Source: an uncultured Erysipelotrichaceae bacterium (lineage in GTDB: Bacteria; Bacillota_I; Bacilli_A; Erysipelotrichales; Erysipelotrichaceae). From it: DNA of 32,000 nucleotides. The position numbers were made by a program, and so were the translations under genes. Below, one piece after another: positions 1 to 9,129 of the stretch (the stretch's first letter is position 1; each line of letters starts with the position of its first letter). The DNA lies in NCBI GenBank assembly GCA_964401865.1, contig CAYNZZ010000002.1:30001-62000 (forward strand), given 5' to 3'. Under the pieces are notes generated by a model, which saw nothing but the letters and a program-made list of their open reading frames with translations, had not been told where the DNA came from and did no database searches.

Positions 1-888
1 GCTATTACTGCATCTGATGTTAAAGAATTAAGAGAACGCACTGGCGCAGGTATGATGGACTGCAAAAAGGCTCTTACTGAGTGCGATGGTGATTTAGATA
101 AAGCTATCGACTGGTTAAGAGAAAAAGGTATTGCCAAAGCCGCTAAGAAAGAATCAAGAATTGCTGCTGAAGGTTTATCAAAAGCAATTGTTGATGGTAA
201 TGTTGCTTGTTTGGTGGAAATCAACACTGAAACAGACTTTGTTGCAAAGAATGAAAGTTTCTTAAGATTATTAGATGATACTTGCAATGTTATCATCAAA
301 AACAAGCCAACTGATTTGGAAGCTGCTCTAGCTTTAGATGTTAATGGTAAAACATTAAATGATTTATATGTTGAAGCTATCGCTACAATTGGTGAAAAGA
401 TTTCTTTAAGACGTTTTGAAGTTATTGAAAAAAATGACGAAGATTGTTTCGGTGTTTATATGCACAATGGTGGGCAAATTTCTGTTGTTTCTGTATTGAA
501 GAACACAAGTGATGCACAGGTTGCTAAATATATTGCAATGCAAATTGCATCTATGGCTCCTCAATATGTTTCAAGAAACGATATGCCTACTGATGTTGTT
601 GAACATGAGAGACAGATTCAAACTGAAATCGTCAAGAATGATGAAAAATTCATTGGAAAACCTGAAAAGGTTATCGAAGGCGCTATTGAAGGTAAGGTAT
701 CTAAATCTTTACAAGATATGTGCTTAGTTGATCAAATTTATTTCTTAGATCCTTCTAAGAAATGTGGTCAATTCTTGAAAGAGAATAATACTGAAGTATC
801 TAAATTTGTACGTTACTTGGTTGGCGAAGGAATTGAAAAACGTCAAGAAAATTTTGCCGATGAAGTTTCTAAACAAATGGGTCAATAA
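1..888 (+). CDS. tsf: Elongation factor Ts, 5'-truncated by the window edge
   Basis: Frame 1 is open from base 1 (AITASDVKELRERTGAGMMDCKKALTECDGDLDKAIDWLREKG, the canonical EF-Ts N-terminus). The ATG at 52 in the ORF track is therefore internal. Stop TAA at 886-888. Confidence 0.95.
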   Translation, partial: AITASDVKELRERTGAGMMDCKKALTECDGDLDKAIDWLREKGIAKAAKKESRIAAEGLSKAIVDGNVACLVEINTETDFVAKNESFLRLLDDTCNVIIKNKPTDLEAALALDVNGKTLNDLYVEAIATIGEKISLRRFEVIEKNDEDCFGVYMHNGGQISVVSVLKNTSDAQVAKYIAMQIASMAPQYVSRNDMPTDVVEHERQIQTEIVKNDEKFIGKPEKVIEGAIEGKVSKSLQDMCLVDQIYFLDPSKKCGQFLKENNTEVSKFVRYLVGEGIEKRQENFADEVSKQMGQ

Positions 889-909
889 AAAGGGATTTTT
901 CCCTTTTTT
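887..909 (+). terminator. Weak intrinsic terminator after tsf
   Basis: AAAAAGGGA (887-895), loop TTTT, TCCCTTTTT (900-908). The stem is A/T-rich with only 3 G:C pairs, and the T-run forms part of the stem. Confidence 0.45.
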
Positions 910-939
910 GTTTAAATGAACATTTAAATGGAGAATATG

Positions 940-1650
940 ATGTACAAACGTGTTTTATTAAAATTGAGTGGCGAAGCCTTGGGTAATGATAAAGATTGCT
1001 TTGATGTCGATGTGCTTAATAAAGTCGCTGATGAAGTAAAAAGTATCGTCGAACATGGAGTAGAAGTTTCGATTGTTTGCGGTGGTGGCAATTTTGTAAG
1101 AGGACGCACATTATCGAAATTAGATTTTGATCGTGTTACTTCCGATTATATCGGTATGCTTGGAACCGTTATGAATGCAATGGCCCTTGAGACTACTTTA
1201 AAGAAAAAAGGTGTAAAAGCCATTGCTATGTCAGCACTTGATGTCGCATGCGTTGAAAGACATAATCCTATTAAAGCTAAAGAATTGCTCGATAATGGTT
1301 ATGTTGTTATTTTTGGTGGTGGAACTGGAAGAGCTTATTTTTCTACTGATACCACTTCATCGCTTTGTGCGAGTGAAATTGGTGCCGATGTTATCCTAAT
1401 GGCAAAAAATGGTGTAGATGGTGTGTATAATGCCGATCCAAATGTTGATGTCTCGGCAAAACGCTATGATGTTTTAAGTTTTGATGATATACTAAATATG
1501 AAGTTAAAAGTTATAGACAGTACTGCTGCCAGCATGTGCATTGATAACAATATTGAAGCTTTTGTATTCGATATGAAAGAAGATGGAAATATTTCTAAAG
1601 CAGCATTAGGCGAGGCTATCGGTACTCGTATCATAACAGGGAGGAAATAA
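940..1650 (+). CDS. pyrH: UMP kinase
   Basis: YKRVLLKLSGEAL and GGGN motifs with full-length PyrH-like sequence. The ORF is open from ATG 928, but GGAG at 930-933 favours ATG 940 (or 937) as the start. Confidence 0.93.
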   Translation: MYKRVLLKLSGEALGNDKDCFDVDVLNKVADEVKSIVEHGVEVSIVCGGGNFVRGRTLSKLDFDRVTSDYIGMLGTVMNAMALETTLKKKGVKAIAMSALDVACVERHNPIKAKELLDNGYVVIFGGGTGRAYFSTDTTSSLCASEIGADVILMAKNGVDGVYNADPNVDVSAKRYDVLSFDDILNMKLKVIDSTAASMCIDNNIEAFVFDMKEDGNISKAALGEAIGTRIITGRK

Positions 1651-2195
1651 TGGAACAGGTTATTATTGATTGCGAAGCAAAAATGGATAAGTCAATAGAA
1701 CAACTTCATCACAATTTGAATAAGGTTCGTACCGGTCGTGCAAATCCTACACTATTAGATAGTATTGCAGTTAATTACTATGGTGCTATGACACCAGTTA
1801 ATCAAATCGCTTCTATTAGTGTTAGCGAAGGACGTACATTGGTTATTAAACCTTATGATGCAAATAGTTTAAAAGATATCGAGAAGGCTATTAATGCATC
1901 TGAATTAGGTTTACCACCACAAAATGATGGTAGTGTTATTAGAGTTAGTGTTCCACAATTGACAGAAGAAACAAGACGCAATTATTGTAAAGATGTATCT
2001 AAGATGGCAGAGGAATCTAAGGTTAGTATCAGAAATATCAGACGTGATATGAATGATATCATTAAGAAAGATAAGAGCATTCCAGAAGATAGTCAAAAAG
2101 ATTTACTTGAACAAATTCAAAAAGTAACAGAAAAATATACAGATAAAATCGATAGTATTGCTAAAGAAAAAGAAAAAGAGATAATGACAATATAA
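1650..2195 (+). CDS. frr: Ribosome recycling factor
   Basis: Typical RRF sequence (VRTGRANPTLLD, ITVNYYG-like, IRNIRRD). The start overlaps the pyrH stop (TAATG) and is preceded by GGGAGG. Confidence 0.95.
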   Translation: MEQVIIDCEAKMDKSIEQLHHNLNKVRTGRANPTLLDSIAVNYYGAMTPVNQIASISVSEGRTLVIKPYDANSLKDIEKAINASELGLPPQNDGSVIRVSVPQLTEETRRNYCKDVSKMAEESKVSIRNIRRDMNDIIKKDKSIPEDSQKDLLEQIQKVTEKYTDKIDSIAKEKEKEIMTI

Positions 2196-2890
2196 TGGTT
2201 TCCTTAAATCATATTGCAATTATTATGGATGGCAATGGGCGTTGGGCTAAAGCTCAAGGTAAAAAGCGTACCGATGGACATCGACAAGGTGTAAAAAATG
2301 TGCGTAATATTGCCATATATGCTAACGGTTTAGGCATAAAGTGTCTTACGCTTTATGCCTTTTCGACTGAAAATTGGAAAAGACCAGCTGAGGAAGTTGA
2401 CTATTTGATGTCCTTACCAAAAGTCTTTTTTAACGCATATTTAAAAGAGTTGATGGAAAAGAATATCAAAGTAATGATGATCGGTGATATTAATCGTATT
2501 CCCGATGAAGCTAAAAAAATATTTTTATCAGCGATTGATAAGACTAAGAATAATACTGGGATGATTTTGAATTTTGCTCTAAACTATGGTTCGAGAGATG
2601 AAATTGTTAGAGCGTGTTTAGCTTTTGGCAAAGATTATAAAAATGGTGTTGTCGATGATTTAAATGAGGAATCATTTAAACAATACCTTATGACTAGAGA
2701 TCTGCCAGAAGTAGATTTGCTAATTCGCACTAGTGGTGAACAACGTATTTCTAATTTTTTACTATATCAATTAGCTTATAGTGAATTGATATTTAGAGAA
2801 GAATCGTGGCCCGAATTTAATGAGAAATCTTTGGACGAATGTATCAATGAGTTTAACAATCGAACAAGAAGGTTTGGAGGTTTGCTATGA
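2195..2890 (+). CDS. uppS: Isoprenyl transferase (undecaprenyl-diphosphate synthase)
   Basis: HIAIIMDGNGRWA, FSTENWKRP and RTSGEQRISNFLLYQ motifs. TAATG overlap with frr. Confidence 0.95.
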   Translation: MVSLNHIAIIMDGNGRWAKAQGKKRTDGHRQGVKNVRNIAIYANGLGIKCLTLYAFSTENWKRPAEEVDYLMSLPKVFFNAYLKELMEKNIKVMMIGDINRIPDEAKKIFLSAIDKTKNNTGMILNFALNYGSRDEIVRACLAFGKDYKNGVVDDLNEESFKQYLMTRDLPEVDLLIRTSGEQRISNFLLYQLAYSELIFREESWPEFNEKSLDECINEFNNRTRRFGGLL

Positions 2891-3648
2891 AAACTAGAAT
2901 TATTTCAGCAATCATACTCGTATTAGTTTGCTTTCCACCTTTGTTTTTTGGCGGAATATTCCTGAATATTTTTCTAGCATTAGTTCTTTTAATGGATGCT
3001 TATGAATATTGTACGATAAGAAAAAAACGTTTTAATTGGTTGCTGTATTCGTCAATGATTGCTTTTTCAGGATTTATTTGTTTTTTTCCAAATCGTGTTA
3101 CTGGTATCACTATCATATATTTGATTACACTATTTTTCTTTGGTATCTGTTTTGAAGATGTTACTTTAGATGATGTTTGCTCAACTTTTATGATGGCGAT
3201 CATTTTAGGCCATGCGATATTGTCGGTATTAAATATATATGCATTTAATTATTTGTTAATGTTCTATGTCTTGATAGCCGCTTTTGCTTGCGATATAGCT
3301 GCTCTATTTACAGGAATGCTTTTTGGAAAACATAAATTAAACGAGAGAATATCACCAAAGAAAACGGTTGAAGGAGCAATAGGAGGATGGCTTTTTGGAT
3401 TTATATTGTCATTCTTATTTGCTTATTTCTTTGATTTCTTCTCAATATCGGTTTACTTTATATTATTCACTTCTTTGACACTTCCTATTGTAGCTCAAAT
3501 AGGTGATTTATCCTTTTCGTTAATTAAACGTAATTATGGGGTAAAGGATTTCGGTTCTTTGATTCCGGGACATGGTGGTATTTTAGATCGTATTGATTCA
3601 TTACTGTTATGTTTGATTTTTTTTAGTTCGATGGTTAATTTTATATGA
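2887..3648 (+). CDS. cdsA: Phosphatidate cytidylyltransferase
   Basis: Polytopic membrane protein carrying the CDS signature SLIKRNYGVKDFGSLIPGHGGILDRIDS. ATGA overlap with uppS. Confidence 0.92.
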   Translation: MKTRIISAIILVLVCFPPLFFGGIFLNIFLALVLLMDAYEYCTIRKKRFNWLLYSSMIAFSGFICFFPNRVTGITIIYLITLFFFGICFEDVTLDDVCSTFMMAIILGHAILSVLNIYAFNYLLMFYVLIAAFACDIAALFTGMLFGKHKLNERISPKKTVEGAIGGWLFGFILSFLFAYFFDFFSISVYFILFTSLTLPIVAQIGDLSFSLIKRNYGVKDFGSLIPGHGGILDRIDSLLLCLIFFSSMVNFI

Positions 3649-4784
3649 AGAAATTATTAGTGTTTGGTATCAGTGGTTCGATCGGAACTCAAACTGTAGA
3701 TGTGGTTAGAGAACATCAAGATAAATTTGAGATTGTCGGCTGTAGCGTTCATTCCAATATTGAATATTTGCGCAAGTTATTAAAAGAATTTAAAATCAAA
3801 AATGTCTGTATAGCTGAAGAAAATAAAGAATTAGAAGATGAATTTACAGACATCAATTTCTATTATGGCAATGATGGTCTTTGTAAAATGGTTGAAGATA
3901 TCGAGTATGACTTACTAATCAATTCTTTGGTTGGTATTAGTGGATTACTTCCGACTTTAACATCTATCATCAATAAAAAAGATGTCGCTTTAGCTAACAA
4001 AGAAACATTGGTTGTTGGAGGAGATTTAGTTATGAAACTTGCCAAAACTAATGGAGTATCTATAATTCCTATCGATTCTGAACATTCAGCTATTTATCAG
4101 TGCTTAAATGGGGAAAATGCCAAGCAGGTTAAACGTCTAGTTATTACTGCTTCTGGCGGTGCTTTTAGACATTTGAGTCATGATGAATTGGAGAATGTAT
4201 CTATCGAAGATGCTTTACATCATCCAACTTGGAAAATGGGCAAGAAGGTAACCATTGATAGTGCAAGTATGATGAATAAGGGTTTTGAAGTTATTGAAGC
4301 CCATCATTTATTTAATGTTGATTATGACAATATTGATGTTCTTCAACACTCGGAGTCAATTGTTCACTCTCTTGTTGAATATCAAGATAAATCTATGATT
4401 GCTCAATTATCTAATCCTGATATGCGTGTAGCGATTCAATACGCTCTGTCTCAACCAGATAGACTCGAAAATGAATTAACGCCCAGTTTGAATTTAGAAG
4501 ATATTATGTGCTTGCATTTCTCTAAATTAGATTTTAAAAGATACCCTTTATTAGAACTTGCTTACTATGTAGGAAGAATGGGTGGAAATTTAGGAGCAGT
4601 ATTAAATGCTGCTGATGAGGAAGCGATTGATTTGTTCCTGAATAATAAAATATCTTTTGTCGATATCGAAAAGATTGTCATTAAGGCTATCAAGGAAGCA
4701 GAATATATTGCTAATCCAAGCTTACAAGATTTATTTGCAAGTGACAAAAAGACAAGAGAAAAAATTATACTTGAGTATAAATAG
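3645..4784 (+). CDS. dxr: 1-deoxy-D-xylulose-5-phosphate reductoisomerase
   Basis: GISGSIGTQT NADPH-binding N-terminus, LANKETLV, DSEHSAI and HPTWKMG motifs. ATGA overlap with cdsA. Confidence 0.95.
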   Translation: MKKLLVFGISGSIGTQTVDVVREHQDKFEIVGCSVHSNIEYLRKLLKEFKIKNVCIAEENKELEDEFTDINFYYGNDGLCKMVEDIEYDLLINSLVGISGLLPTLTSIINKKDVALANKETLVVGGDLVMKLAKTNGVSIIPIDSEHSAIYQCLNGENAKQVKRLVITASGGAFRHLSHDELENVSIEDALHHPTWKMGKKVTIDSASMMNKGFEVIEAHHLFNVDYDNIDVLQHSESIVHSLVEYQDKSMIAQLSNPDMRVAIQYALSQPDRLENELTPSLNLEDIMCLHFSKLDFKRYPLLELAYYVGRMGGNLGAVLNAADEEAIDLFLNNKISFVDIEKIVIKAIKEAEYIANPSLQDLFASDKKTREKIILEYK

Positions 4785-4797
4785 GGATAAATTTTAT

Positions 4798-4847
4798 GAA
4801 CCTATTCAATGCGACCATTATAGTTTGAATAGGTTCTTTATTTTTTG
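4798..4847 (+). terminator. Intrinsic terminator after dxr
   Basis: Perfect 12-bp stem GAACCTATTCAA (4798-4809) / TTGAATAGGTTC (4825-4836), followed by TTTATTTTTT. Confidence 0.75.
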
Positions 4848-4861
4848 TATTCTTAAATAAT

Positions 4862-4891
4862 TTGCATATTAGACATTCAATAGGTTAAAAT
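4862..4891 (+). promoter_or_regulatory. Candidate SigA-type promoter for rseP
   Basis: TTGCAT (4862-4867), 18-nt spacer, TAAAAT (4886-4891). A 7-bp inverted repeat AGACATT (4871-4877) / AATGTCT (4892-4898) brackets the -10. Prediction by eye only. Confidence 0.35.
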
Positions 4892-4914
4892 AATGTCTTA
4901 GAAGGTGAGTAGAT

Positions 4915-5982
4915 TTGTATACACTAATTTTGTTTTTAATTTTACTATCGGTGATTGTGGTGGTTCATGAATTTGGACATTTAATTGCTGCTAAAATATT
5001 TAATGTCTATTGCCACGAGTTTTCTATTGGCATGGGTCCTAAACTGTTCTCAAAAAAAATCAAGGAAACAACTTATTCGATTAGGGCAATTCCTGTCGGT
5101 GGTTTTGTGGCTATGGCTGGCGACACAGATAACGCGTTAGAGACATCGGTTGATGTTGAAGTGCCAAAAGAGCGAACTCTTATTGGAATTGCGCAATGGA
5201 AAAAGATAATTATCATGTTGGCGGGAATCATCATGAATTTGGTTTTAGCGATTATTGTGATCGCGATGATTTTATTGTCCAATGGAACTTATGCCGTTTC
5301 GCCCGACACTACAATCGGCAGAGTATTGCCTGATAGTGCGGCGGAATTAGCTGGATTACAAAGCGGAGATTTTGTTAGGGAAGTTTCGTTTGACAATGGC
5401 ATTTCATCTAAGCCTAGCTCTTTTAATGATTTAGTTAGTTTTTTATATAGTTATGATGGAAATGGCGAAATAACATTCTCGGTAATAAGAGATGGACAAA
5501 GTATGGATATCGCCATCAAACCTACATATGATGCTACAAGCGGTAGTTATGTAGTTGGGATCAATAGCAGTGATTTTAAATTTGTTGATATAAATATTTT
5601 AAACTGTTGGTATTATGCATTTGATTATTCGATATACATTATGCGAACGATTTTTATGTCTTTATCGCAGTTGATTAGAGGATTTGGACTGCAAAATTTA
5701 TCTGGGCCATTAGGGATTTATCAAGCTACAGAAGAGGCTGTATCTTTGGGGCTTCAATCATATTTTATGATGTTTGCGGTCATTTCGCTGAATGTCGGTA
5801 TTTTCAATGCCTTACCTATTCCAATTATGGATGGTGGAAGAGTATTGATTACAATTATTGAGATGATTATAAAAAGACCGATTTCAGAGAAAATGCAGAA
5901 TTCTTTAATGACTGCTAGTTTATTATTGCTGTTAGCGTTGCTAGCTTTCGCGACTTTCCAAGATATTGTTAAATTATTTTAA
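4915..5982 (+). CDS. rseP: RIP (site-2) zinc metalloprotease RseP/RasP family
   Basis: TTG start preceded by GAAGGTGAG. HEFGH zinc motif in TM1, a central PDZ-like segment and the C-terminal NALPIPIMDGG motif. Confidence 0.9.
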   Translation: MYTLILFLILLSVIVVVHEFGHLIAAKIFNVYCHEFSIGMGPKLFSKKIKETTYSIRAIPVGGFVAMAGDTDNALETSVDVEVPKERTLIGIAQWKKIIIMLAGIIMNLVLAIIVIAMILLSNGTYAVSPDTTIGRVLPDSAAELAGLQSGDFVREVSFDNGISSKPSSFNDLVSFLYSYDGNGEITFSVIRDGQSMDIAIKPTYDATSGSYVVGINSSDFKFVDINILNCWYYAFDYSIYIMRTIFMSLSQLIRGFGLQNLSGPLGIYQATEEAVSLGLQSYFMMFAVISLNVGIFNALPIPIMDGGRVLITIIEMIIKRPISEKMQNSLMTASLLLLLALLAFATFQDIVKLF

Positions 5983-5990
5983 AGGGGCAA

Positions 5991-6854
5991 ATGATGAAAG
6001 AAAAATTTAAATACTTATTATATGGTGTATTTATGGGCATATCGAATGTAATTCCGGGCGTTAGTGGTGGCACTATGGCTATCATACTTAATTTTTATGA
6101 TCGTCTTATGGAATCGATCACTTTTAATTTCAAGATTATAAAGAAAAATATATCTTTTCTTATTCCTTTAGGTATCGGTGTAGTTATAGGAATCTTAGGT
6201 TTAAGCAAGGTAATGAATATTTTGTTGATCGATTTTCCTGTTCAGACTTATTTATCGTTTGTTGGAATCGTTATTGGTTCACTCCCTTTGATTTGGTCGA
6301 AAGTGAAAAGAAGCAATGAAAAAGTAAAAATTTCATCTTGGATAAGTTTCGCTGTTATGCTAGGAATAATGATATTTTTAGCCTTTTTTAACGCCGATAA
6401 GGAAACTGCGCCAATCGCATACACATCTTTTTCGATTGAAGCTTGCGTCATGTGCTTTATTGCGATGGTAATCGGTTCATCGACAATGATTATTCCGGGT
6501 ATCAGTGGTTCATTGATGCTTTTGATAATGGGTATGTATGGAACTATATATGGTTTTGTCATTTCAGAATTATATATTCCATTATTAATTCCTGCTGGAT
6601 TAGGTGCTGTTGTTGGTATCTTTGGAGGAGCAAAAATAATTACTTCACTTTTAAAAAGATATGAACAATTGACCTATATGGCTATTTTAGGGTTGCTTAT
6701 TGGTTCTTTAATCGAGCTATTTAAGCGTTCTAACATATTAACTTCTGATTTAATTACCGTTGCAACTGCAGTGGTAATGGCTTTAGTCATGTTTATTATC
6801 GTGTATATGTTTTCGATGGCAGAAATCAAACGCGATGCAAAGGAGAAAGAATAA
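5991..6854 (+). CDS. DUF368 family polytopic membrane protein (family proposed as an undecaprenyl-phosphate translocase, PopT-like)
   Basis: Internally duplicated membrane protein with IPGVSGGTMA (N-half) and IPGISGSLML (C-half) motifs characteristic of DUF368. GGGG at 5984-5987 means ATG 5994 is an alternative start. Confidence 0.75.
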   Translation: MMKEKFKYLLYGVFMGISNVIPGVSGGTMAIILNFYDRLMESITFNFKIIKKNISFLIPLGIGVVIGILGLSKVMNILLIDFPVQTYLSFVGIVIGSLPLIWSKVKRSNEKVKISSWISFAVMLGIMIFLAFFNADKETAPIAYTSFSIEACVMCFIAMVIGSSTMIIPGISGSLMLLIMGMYGTIYGFVISELYIPLLIPAGLGAVVGIFGGAKIITSLLKRYEQLTYMAILGLLIGSLIELFKRSNILTSDLITVATAVVMALVMFIIVYMFSMAEIKRDAKEKE

Positions 6855-7867
6855 TGAACATTTTAGTAACGGGCGGTACAGGTTATATTGGTTCTCATAC
6901 AGTTGTGGAGCTGATTAATTCTCATCATGAAGTAATTATTGTAGATAATTTATACAACTCTAATATTCATGTTTTAGATCGAATCGAAAAACTGACAGGA
7001 GTTAAGCCTAAATTTTATGAAGTGGATATTAGGGATTATGGTGCTTTGGAAATGGTGTTCAAAGACAATAAAATTGATGCAGTTATTCATTTTGCTGGTT
7101 TAAAAGCTGTAGGTGAATCGGTTTCTATTCCACTAAAATACTATGAAAACAATATTTCTGGTTCTTTGAATTTGTATAATTTAATGGAAAAACATCATGT
7201 GAATCATATTGTTTTCTCATCTAGCGCAACAGTTTATGGAGATAATTTCTCAGTACCGTTTAAAGAGGAGTATGGTTTAGGTGATACTACAAATCCATAT
7301 GGGACAACAAAAAAGTTCAATGAGATTATTTTGACTGATTTATGTCATGCTAATAGTGATTTATCATGTGTTTTACTTCGCTATTTTAACCCGATTGGTT
7401 CTCATGAATCAGGAATGCTTGGTGAAGTTCCTAATGGTATCCCAAATAACTTAGTACCATATATTGCAAAGGTATCTAGTGGGGAATTGGATCATTTAAG
7501 AGTTTTTGGTGACGATTATGATACTATCGATGGCACTGGTGTAAGAGATTATATACATGTTGTCGATTTAGCTAAAGCTCATGTTAAAGCCATTGAGTAC
7601 AGTGAAAATCTAAAAGGAGTTGATGTAATTAATGTCGGTTCCGGAAAAGGCTATTCAGTACTAGAAGTATTACACGCTTATGAAAAAGCATGTGGTAAGA
7701 AATTAGCTTATAAAGTTTACGACCGTCGTCCTGGCGACATTGCGACTTGTTATGCTGATGTGGAGAAAGCTAAAAAAGTTCTTGGTTTTGAAGTCCAATA
7801 TGATATTGATAAAATGTGCGAAGACTCATATCGATTTACGGTTATGAATCCACATGGCATTGAATAA
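6854..7867 (+). CDS. galE: UDP-glucose 4-epimerase
   Basis: GGTGYIGSH Rossmann motif, catalytic YGTTK (YxxxK), full-length GalE-like sequence. TAATG overlap with the DUF368 gene. Confidence 0.93.
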   Translation: MNILVTGGTGYIGSHTVVELINSHHEVIIVDNLYNSNIHVLDRIEKLTGVKPKFYEVDIRDYGALEMVFKDNKIDAVIHFAGLKAVGESVSIPLKYYENNISGSLNLYNLMEKHHVNHIVFSSSATVYGDNFSVPFKEEYGLGDTTNPYGTTKKFNEIILTDLCHANSDLSCVLLRYFNPIGSHESGMLGEVPNGIPNNLVPYIAKVSSGELDHLRVFGDDYDTIDGTGVRDYIHVVDLAKAHVKAIEYSENLKGVDVINVGSGKGYSVLEVLHAYEKACGKKLAYKVYDRRPGDIATCYADVEKAKKVLGFEVQYDIDKMCEDSYRFTVMNPHGIE

Positions 7868-7914
7868 CTATGAAGATTAATTAAAATTTATCTATAAATA
7901 TAAATATTGAATTA

Positions 7915-7943
7915 TTGATAAATTTCATAATATCTTCTATAAT
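7915..7943 (+). promoter_or_regulatory. Near-consensus SigA-type promoter
   Basis: TTGATA (7915-7920), 17-nt spacer, TATAAT (7938-7943). The A of ATG 7950 lies 7 nt after the -10 and no Shine-Dalgarno sequence is present. Confidence 0.6.
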
Positions 7944-7949
7944 TTAGTT

Positions 7950-8165
7950 ATGAACAAAATGAATGATTTATTGGATTCTTTAGTGTCCATCAGTAGTCTT
8001 AATCAAGGGAAAGCATCGAAAATTATTCAAAGCATAGGGCATGATGATGTAAAAATTGTTGTTAAAAACAATGAACCTATGGCTGCTATTATTTCTGTTT
8101 CTCGTTATAGCGAACTTATAGAGGCAGAAGAAAGACTTTTATCTTTGGAAGGAAGTAATAAATGA
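7950..8165 (+). CDS. Phd/YefM-like (type II antitoxin fold) small protein, orphan
   Basis: 71 aa. The core VSISSLNQGKASKIIQSI..DDVKIVVKNNEPMAAIISVSRYSELIEAEE follows the Phd/YefM N-domain pattern (sequence-specific-looking N-terminus, xxPvAvxxSxxxYexl). The TGA stop overlaps the next ATG. Confidence 0.6.
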   Translation: MNKMNDLLDSLVSISSLNQGKASKIIQSIGHDDVKIVVKNNEPMAAIISVSRYSELIEAEERLLSLEGSNK

Positions 8166-9121
8166 TGAAAAGAAAAATTAGGTATGACCGATTAGCATTG
8201 CTAGTTGGGATAGCGATTTCATTTCTATTAGTTATATTTTTAGGAATTAAATTATTATTCCTTAATGGAAATGATAAAAATCCTTCTAAGACCGATGATT
8301 CTGTAAATAGTACACCGAGTGGCGAGACTACAAATGATGTGAATTTCACTTTGGACGATTACAATATATATGCAAGTGATAAACTTGATTTTCGCTTTAT
8401 TGTTGCTGATATGACTGTTAAATCAAAAGATGGCAAAGGCATTGATTTTGAGATGTCAAAGTTGGAAACGAACGAATTAATTCAATTAAATAATATTGCA
8501 TCATATATTTCTAAGTTTCAAGAAGCTGGATATTCAATTGCGAAATTAAATTTAGCCGATAGCATTAAGAGTGATAGTAGTGAAATGAAAATTCGCCTTT
8601 TTATTCCAGTCACAAAAAGAACCGATTCATTAGTGCTAAACAATATGCTTAATTCTGAACAGATAACTTTTGACTTATCAAAAGAGGCTAAAGATATCGA
8701 AGAATTCAAAAACACCAGTGGAGAAGTAATTTCTGATGGTAAGTCATTTGATATTTATGTATCGAACGCTTATGTCAGTACTTCGATGTATCGAGATTCA
8801 CAAGAATATACTTATCCATCAACAATTAAAGTGTTTACTTATAAATTAAACATCAATAAACTCGAAAAAGAAGGAATTTCCATCGAAGAGGCTTATTTTA
8901 TACCTGATGGAACAGATGAAAAATATAAGGCTTTAGATGCATCTTTCTCTTCTTTGAAAGATGATAATATTATCGGTATTCCTTTAAAGGTCAATGATAC
9001 ATATGCTTTATTCTTTGAATTATACAATCCAGATGAGAATAACATCACTTATAATGGTAAATTACAATTGAAATTCTCGAACTCAGAACAAATAGTAGAA
9101 GTTTCTACAGTAATCCAATAG
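8162..9121 (+). CDS. Bitopic membrane protein with a beta-rich ectodomain (two DUF4352-like halves), function unknown
   Basis: N-terminal basic stretch plus one TM helix (LALLVGIAISFLLVIFLGIKLLF), a Ser/Thr/Asp-rich linker, then two segments with alternating beta-strand-like patterns. No catalytic motif recognised. Confidence 0.6.
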   Translation: MMKRKIRYDRLALLVGIAISFLLVIFLGIKLLFLNGNDKNPSKTDDSVNSTPSGETTNDVNFTLDDYNIYASDKLDFRFIVADMTVKSKDGKGIDFEMSKLETNELIQLNNIASYISKFQEAGYSIAKLNLADSIKSDSSEMKIRLFIPVTKRTDSLVLNNMLNSEQITFDLSKEAKDIEEFKNTSGEVISDGKSFDIYVSNAYVSTSMYRDSQEYTYPSTIKVFTYKLNINKLEKEGISIEEAYFIPDGTDEKYKALDASFSSLKDDNIIGIPLKVNDTYALFFELYNPDENNITYNGKLQLKFSNSEQIVEVSTVIQ

Positions 9122-9129
9122 GTTTATAT

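Noticed and set aside
4796-4828. 10-codon mini-ORF (MNLFNATIIV) between dxr and rseP as a leader peptide
   Set aside because: It lies within the dxr terminator hairpin, has no convincing Shine-Dalgarno sequence, and there is no alternative-structure logic. It is most likely fortuitous.
5052-5059. Homopolymeric A8/T8 tracts (also about 3618-3625 and 30704-30711) as phase-variation switches
   Set aside because: Such runs are expected by chance in DNA this AT-rich, and they sit in essential housekeeping genes (rseP, cdsA, sufC) where on/off switching is implausible.
7950-9121. A canonical type II toxin-antitoxin pair (Phd-like antitoxin plus downstream toxin)
   Set aside because: The downstream gene encodes a 319-aa TM-anchored, extracytoplasmic-looking protein with no resemblance that I can see to Doc, YoeB, RelE, ParE or other toxin folds. 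I keep it only as a TA-derived arrangement, not a standard TA module.
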